From: Eledone cirrhosa
Taxonomy: Eukaryota
Direction of reading: 5' to 3'
Length of the DNA: 64,000 bases
Assembly: GCA_964016885.1 (NCBI GenBank)
Contig: OZ024751.1
Location: forward strand, 8,122,001 to 8,186,000
Below are positions 56,611 through 64,000 of this stretch, in pieces. The translations under genes and the position numbers were made by a program. Below the pieces are notes generated by a model that was not told the DNA's origin, did no database searches, and worked only from the letters and a program-made list of their open reading frames with translations. How positions within the stretch are numbered: position 1 is the stretch's first letter; the number at the start of each line of letters is the position of its first letter.

Positions 56611-57267
56611 ATTCACATAATATATTGTCTTCGCCCTTTAGCATTTACATTATTCTATATTTAATATTGTATTTTCATGGTAAAGGTTTTATTTCAATAA
56701 TTATCTCACATAATATCGAATCTATGAGATTTTGATATATATTTTCAGAAAAATAACATAGCATCGGTATGAGTGGCCGGTCATAGCCACTTTGAACAGA
56801 AAGATGTGACATATTCGTGGCCGGATAGAGCTGGTTTAATATATATATGCGCGCGCGCGAGCGCGAGCGCGCGTGTGTGTGTGTGTGTGTGTGTGTGTGT
56901 CTGTGTCTGTGTGTGTGTGTGTAAATGTGGCAAACCTGCCACCTCTAAAACACCAAATGGGGAGTACCATGCAAAAAAGTGCTCCAAAATGAGGAGAAAT
57001 GAGTCAAAATGGGAAGATTTTGAAAGCTATAGCCCTTTTCACAAAATATAGCATATCTCCCACACCCTAAAGGGGTTGGTATATCTCCACGTCGACCGGG
57101 GCGAATTGGCAGGTCTAAATTGGTAATAATAAATAAAGGTACTACACCTCACCTATAATATATCATTACTAATGCGGTATGGCATATTCTCTTATGATTC
57201 ACCCAGCACTGTTCTGACTGCCGTGGATCTGGATTTCAGGCTTTTATTTCAGGATATGGATGAGCCT

Positions 57268-57487
57268 GGATTGGCAGTATTGGTAGAGCATCGTACACCA
57301 TCGGACACTATGCTTTGCTGCATAGACTTAGGGCCCTTTACGTTCTGAGTTCAAATCCCCACAAGGTTAGCTTTGCCTTTCATCATATCAGGTTCGATAA
57401 AATAAACTACCAATAAGCAGTGGCGTCGGTTTCATCGACTTTGCCCTCCCAAATGTTGTGGCCATGCACCTAAATCAGAGACCGTTT
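57268..57487 (+). mobile_element. Octopus-type tRNA SINE
   Basis: Head, gagttcaaatccc and core. Confidence 0.8.
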
Positions 57488-57494
57488 CACGATC

Positions 57495-57750
57495 TTAAAG
57501 TCGTTATTTCGGATCCCGGGGGCGGGCTGTTCTCTTCAGCAAACACCTCATTTCATATTGCATCAGTTCTATCGGCTGGCAAAATTAAGTTTTATCTGTA
57601 ATTTTAAGTGCCAGCCTTGTCACATTATATGCCTTTATTAGGTTATGGGTACGTGGAACGCTCAGGCTTGCGTGATAATCACATAAGCAGGCTGTTCCGT
57701 TGGTCGTATTGACAGGGGTAATCGTCGTCATGACCGACGGAATGCCACTA
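57495..57750 (+). mobile_element. SINE with an RTE-like 3' tail, decayed
   Basis: Body resembles the 9718 family; ends tcgtcgtcatgaccgacggaatgcca. Confidence 0.55.
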
Positions 57751-58469
57751 TTACAGGATACCCGACACAGTGACCTGCCAACAGCAATAATATGCTATTT
57801 TATGTCAGGAGATTAATCGATTGTTAACCAGGTTTATAAGCGTTTGACATTTATCACATGTAGTATTTAAAGCAACATTGAATGATAACCATTTGTTATC
57901 CGACTTATAATTAATGAAGGTCAAAACATAGAGGTACATTGTGCATATTTGTGTAGAAAAACAACAAATATTTGTCGTGTTCCTGAACATAATATTTGTT
58001 GTTACAATAATTCCGATGTAGATCGTTTAAATGGGAGTTTTATGCAAATCTGCATACATAATAAGTACACTGGCTTCGGGCCATATTTAAAACAAAGAAA
58101 ATTACATGTGTGCTTAGGGTCAGCGTATTATTTCATTTTAATAGTATACTTAATATTCTAGCCAAGTAGTAAGTACTTAGGAAAATCGTTTAAGGGGCGA
58201 TGTTTCTCTTCATGACACTACAGAATTGTTTATGTTGTATACAAATATTCTGGCAGGGCTCCATGTACAATTTACGTAAGAAGAAACAAATATTATAAAT
58301 AAATGTATCTTTGTCTACAATGGCCGTGGTACATATATATATATATATACTTATATAAACAAATGTTATACATAAATGTAAAACTCTGTCTACAATTATC
58401 GTATATATATATATATGTGTGTGTGTATATATGGATGTACGCATACATACATAAACGTGTATACATACA

Positions 58470-58500
<31 letters not shown>

Positions 58501-58823
58501 GCGTATGTGTGGGTGTATATGTACGCACGTGTGTGTTGTCTGAATATGCATGCGTGGGTGTACGATAATTTAAATGCTGGTATTCATTTATGTATTCATT
58601 TTTTATAAACTTCAAATTACATTAAATCCTTCCACGCTATTTCTCACTATCACGTCAATAACTTTAACTGCATACAAACTGTTCACACACACACACACCT
58701 TTCGTTCATTCTCTCTCTCTCTCTCCCTCTCAATGTCTCTCTCTCCGTCTATCATTCTCTCTCTCTATCCCTCTCAGTGTCTCTCTCTCTCTGTCTCTCT
58801 CTCTCTATCTCTCTCTCTCTCTC

Positions 58824-58878
<55 letters not shown>

Positions 58879-58884
<6 letters not shown>

Positions 58885-59112
58885 ATACTTTGGGAGGGTC
58901 ATGTTGCCAATAAGAAACACACGCACCAGATGTTTTCACTTCAATTTATTATATATTTATAAATTTATAAATTTATAAATATATAATAAATTGAAGTGAA
59001 AGCAACTGGTGCGTGTGTTTCTTATTGGCAACATGACCCTCCCAAAGTATAACAATATCGATTTCAACACACGATTTCAGATAAAGAATCTTGCTAAACA
59101 AATTCAGAAACG

Positions 59113-59115
<3 letters not shown>
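58879..59115 (+). mobile_element. Palindromic terminal stub of the Nematis-like family
   Basis: Palindrome 58879-59056 centred on atttataaat. Right arm and tail match 41860-42008. Confidence 0.88.
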
Positions 59116-59182
<67 letters not shown>

Positions 59183-59334
59183 GTGGGTAGAATGTATACA
59201 TGTATAACAGTCAGGGATGTCTATATGGACTGAGATATCATTAAAATAGTATTCCGTATGGGGTTTCATTGTGCACCGTAAACTTTTAATATATGTCATT
59301 GACACTAATTAAGATTTTCGATTGACATACATAG

Positions 59335-59710
59335 AATAATTGTTTCTACTTTTGGCACAAGGCCAGCAATTAATCATTACATTAATGGTACTTTATTTTA
59401 TCGAGCCCCATAAGGATGAACTCAAACCGTAAAGGGGCGTAACTATGCTAGAAAGCATGGCGTCCGATCCCTTACCGATTCTGTCAATTCACCGCATATA
59501 TAGAATAATGGTTTCTTCTTTTAGCACAAGGCCAGCAATTACCCGGTACCTTACTGGTACTTTATTTTATCGACCCCGTAAGGATGAAAGGCAAAGTTAA
59601 CCCGGCGGGATTTGAACTCAGAATGGCAAGAATAATTGTTTCTACATTTGTCACAAGGCCTTCAATAACCCAGTACTTTACTGGTACTTTATTGTATCGA
59701 CCCCGTAATG
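59335..59710 (-). mobile_element. Three head-to-tail Octopus-type SINE segments
   Basis: Units start agaataat(t/g)gtttct near 59335, 59504 and 59631. Confidence 0.8.
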
Positions 59711-60601
59711 ACGTACACTATGCATTCTCTTAACATGAAATTATTCCATTTATTTTCCATTTGATCTGAAAAACCTATAGACAATTTGAATAACCAATTC
59801 ATGAAAAGAACGTGAATTTGCTGACCTTGTGTATTATTGCTTTGGTTTCTAAATGTTTCAAGCTATTTGAAGACGCAACTGCTGTTAACACATCTCCATC
59901 ATGAATAATATTTGATTTAGATCCAAATATATTATTGACTTCCATCAGGAGCCTACGTGGTGGTTCACACTTTCTAGGCGTTCATGGTGAAGTTTTGAGA
60001 AAAGATAAAATAGATGTAAAATACAGATGTCAAAAGAATTTGGAAATAATTTTATTGGATATAAGACGAAAATAAAGTCGAAATAAAGAAGCAAAGACAA
60101 TCCTTAATAATAATCATTATTTAAACAAGTGTTCAGGTAACAATCAAAGTAATAGAAACAATGAATATGAGAGAAGTTACACACAAAATATGCACTGGAA
60201 ATTGTAATGATCATGCTATAATAGAAGAGCGATTTTATTAAAACATACATTCTCTGTATTCATAATTGTCATTATTTTACTATGAATGTAAATACAAAAA
60301 ATTCCCAAGATGTGTGTATGTGTTAGTTCTTATATATGAGATGTCCGATTTGTTCATACACTTTCAAATTGTAAACAGACATTTCATAATCAAAGACCTA
60401 AGGAAACCAGTAGTCAATCAGTAAGAGAGCTGATAAATTATTTATTTCTCTTCGTATACAGAACAAAAGCGCTAAGTTTGCAACACATGTAAGCGCTTGA
60501 AGAATAGGCTACAACTGGGATGCACCCTATATTCAGGACATATGGTCAATATTGGGCTTTAAAACGTTTGCTAGCACAGTGTTCCATGTATGATAGTAAA
60601 A

Positions 60602-60785
60602 AATAATTGTTTCTACTGTTGGCACAAGGCCAGCAATTATCCCAGTGTATTGCTGGTACTTTATTTGATCGATCCCGTAAGGATGAAAGGCAAAGTTAAC
60701 TTCGGCGGGATTTGAACTCAGTCCATAAAGGGACGTAACTGTGCTGCAAATCATGGCGTCCGTCCCTCTACCGATACTGCTAATC
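60602..60785 (-). mobile_element. Octopus-type tRNA SINE
   Basis: Reverse complement of the SINE consensus. Confidence 0.85.
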
Positions 60786-60807
60786 CCAAAAATAATAAAA
60801 TATATAT

Positions 60808-61140
60808 AGTATCATCAGCTTCATTTGACGGCCGCTTTCCTATGAGCAAGATATATATATATGTATATATATATGTGTATGTATGTATGTATGTATGTAT
60901 GTATATATATGCGTATGCCCAGTGCGATATCAGGACCACTGGACTGGTACTGATACCTGTTTCCTCGGCAGTAAGCAACGGTGAGTGTAACTACAGCCCA
61001 TCACAAGAATAACTCCCATTTCCTGTTGGAGCTAACTTCAAATAAGTGCTCTGGGACAAGGCAAATGTAAGTGTTTCTCTCAAATACACAACGTGTCTCA
61101 CATCACTCGGATCGACCAAACGATAGTCACTAGTCCATGC
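60808..61140 (-). mobile_element. Decayed SINE interrupted by a microsatellite
   Basis: Faint head and core similarity to the 9718 family. Confidence 0.4.
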
Positions 61141-61143
61141 ACA

Positions 61144-61503
<360 letters not shown>

Positions 61504-61689
61504 GAGAGAGAGAGATATGACGCGCGTATACCAATTGAAGATGCACACACATATCTATTCCTGTATAGCTAAGAATTATGGGTGTGAATGTACAGGCTTA
61601 CACATGCAGCTTTTGATTGCAGATATACATAATTTAACAGCCATAAATGCAGAAACGTAAATCCTATATATTTATATATATATATATAC

Positions 61690-62490
61690 TAAAATTGTTT
61701 AATTAATAACACAAGGAGTGTATAGCAATAAATAAAAAAATCACTTATGCTTTGTATGTATACATTATGTGCGGGAGTAGATATACTGTGTATATTCTGA
61801 GTGAGTGAGTATATATATAGTTATGTACCTTTGCCTATGTATATGTGATATACGATAGATAATCTCTCTAGCAATATATATATTTTATAATGTTTAAATT
61901 CCAATTTTTTAATATATTGATCTCAATTTTTAAACTAAATATGTAATCATAATTAAACAATGTGTAATTTCTCATATTATATATCTATATTCCATTCACG
62001 AATATTAATATTTCTAATTTTATTTATTCATTTCATCTCAATTGTTAACTCAACTTAATATAACATAACTTAAGGTTTTCGGTCTCTCCCCCCTATCTCA
62101 ATCTCTGCATATCTCTCTCTTGAGTTCTTTCTCTGTCTGATGTTTTGATATCTCCCCGTTAATTTTCCTCTGTTCTCTTTTCTTTTTGCTTTCTTCTTTT
62201 TCTTTATCTATCATTCCCTTTCTTTTCTCCACGTTTCTCTCTCTCTCTCTCCATCTTTTTACTTACTCTTAATACTATGACTTACTAAAGTAAACAAACC
62301 ACTATCCGGATGGCCTCCAAAAACAACGGTCACCTTTTTGAAAGGGTACGTCAATATCTATTTGTAAAACTGTTATATATAGTATTTTGTCTGATGAAGG
62401 CATACCATGATTTAACTTGGTATCCTTGAAATATATATAATGAAATAAGTATGGTTTTATAAATATAGTTTCCATTTATTAATATTGTAT
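61690..62490 (+). mobile_element. PLE 3' UTR/terminus related to the 45895 Naiad
   Basis: 62382-62487 aligns to the reverse complement of about 45990-46093; ends in (TA)n. Confidence 0.7.
62383..62447 (+). ncRNA. Canonical type I hammerhead ribozyme
   Basis: tattttgt-CTGATGA-aggcatacca..tggtatcctt-GAAA-tatata-TA-atgaaata. Confidence 0.82.
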
Positions 62491-62504
62491 ATATATATAG
62501 ATAG

Positions 62505-64000
62505 ATTTCTTTATTTACCATAAAGGCATAAAAAGAAGGGACAAATACAAAGGGGGAGTTTACATATAATCGAGTAAAAAGGGTGTAACATGAAAATAAT
62601 CGAAAATAACCTCAAAAGGGAGGGGACGTGATGGGGGTTGCACACACCCCCGAAAAAGTGTGCAATCCTTTGCCCGGGGAGCACATGGAGAAGGTGTTCC
62701 CCTCTCCTTTACTTCTTTACCTACAGGATGGTATACAGAGAAGGCCCATTTACACGAGCCATTCTCGCCACTATCACCCACCTTTCATAAAACTGCCTGT
62801 GGCCAAGCACCTCTCTCTCCATTCTTATCCTTCTTCCGAAGTGATATCGGAAGAAGTAGACCAGACTATGGCCAGAGAGGAAGTTGCCTGACCTCAGACC
62901 TTTCAATCGTGTCCACCAAACAACCTCTTTCAACATGGCTATTACGCACAGAAAAACCGCCTTTGCTTCCTTTGTGAAGAGGGGAGGCGGTTTGATTGTC
63001 ATCACGGACTCGGCGGTCAATTTAATCGGCGCCACCCGCGACAGCAGTTGTTCGGCGTAGCCCCACAGATCAGCCACGCCCGGACATTGCACCAATGCGT
63101 GCGCCACGGTTTCTTCGTGACGCACGCATCTAGGGCAAATCTTTTTTGAGGGATCCCTGCCCGGGCGCCCGTGTCTGTAGAGCCTCTCTCGAACGGGTAG
63201 AGCCCCTCGGTAGCACTGCCAGGCCAGTGACTTCTGGAAGTTGTCCATTGGTCCTGGGCCGAAAGTCCTACCGAACAGGCTGGCCAGTTCGTCTTCTTCC
63301 ATGTCCAGCGACTCTCCAAGGGTGTCATCGCCCCTGCTAGCCACCAGCCCTCTATAGAATGATGAGGTGGATTCTCCACCGATGGCCCGGCCCGCTTGCC
63401 AGAGAGCCCTGAGCGCCTGAGCACACTCAGTGTGCCAGTCTCCCAGTTTTCCGGATCTTTGCTTGACCCAGGACTGTAGCTCGGTGAGTGAGACGAGTCT
63501 CGGAAAGGCTCGTTTCACGAACGGAGCCCACACCGGTTGACCAGTGAGGAATACCTGTAGGTGCCGTAGCCTTAATGCGTGCCTACGCATCATCAACCAC
63601 GGCATCCCCAGCCCTCCTTTCGAAGGTTGTTGGCAGCAGATGGATCTTCTCACCATAGGAGGACGCTTCTTCCAAAGAAATTGGAAGAGCATGCGTTCCA
63701 TGGTGGTGAGTGTTTCCTTAGGGCAAGGCACGACAGTCAGGCGGTAGTAAGTGACGGACGCTATGTAAATGTTCGCCACCTCCGCCCGGCCTTTTAGGGA
63801 CAGCTTACACTTGGCCCATTTCTGGGTTAGTGCAAACACCTTGTTCGTAACCTCGTTCCAGTTCTTTTCCACCTGGAGGTCCGGTCCAAACCAGACCCCA
63901 AGCAACTTTACCGGGCCCTCCGTCCAGTGTCCGACGACACCGTCAGGAGGCATCGGTTTGCCTCTCCACGTTCCGAGTTGCAGCCCGATGGATTTTTCCC
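62505..64000 (-). mobile_element. Tx1 LINE 3' part with an open frame (62721-63953), running off the window
   Basis: VKLLGVWFG, LSLKGRA, FQFLWK, GGLGMP, CPRC..ETVAHALVQC. AATAAA then tctatct/(TA)n. Confidence 0.94.

Noticed and set aside
56848-56922. Z-DNA-prone (GC)n(GT)n tract (also near 34948)
   Set aside because: Common at the edges of (CA)n microsatellites, with no evidence of function.

Overview
AT-rich, microsatellite-dense eukaryotic DNA with no intact host gene. The SINE families and repeat landscape look like an octopod cephalopod genome (inference). Nearly all ORF-track entries are microsatellite artefacts or retroelement fragments. The window holds: Penelope-like elements (PLEs: four Naiad-type copies, one Nematis-type copy, many terminal stubs), almost all sitting in (TA)n tracts and carrying minimal hammerhead ribozyme (HHR) motifs; a near full-length RTE-BovB LINE; two R4/Dong LINEs; three Tx1 LINEs; an RTE-X fragment; old CR1-like remnants; about 17 tRNA-derived SINEs; and a non-autonomous Helitron-like element. 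Four observations stand out. (1) PLE termini recur as palindromes inside (TA)n, including a four-copy family whose hairpin always turns at what appears to be HHR stem II, suggesting snap-back priming. (2) At the 5' end of the largest Naiad, the flanking DNA is copied in inverted form across a (TA)n tract. (3) Two different Naiad copies have an in-frame TGA at the same conserved zinc-knuckle cysteine, a possible selenocysteine. (4) A perfect branch point, polypyrimidine tract and CAG|GTAAGT occur at 27632-27669, either a recursive splice site or a terminal-exon acceptor. Element boundaries were read by eye and are approximate.
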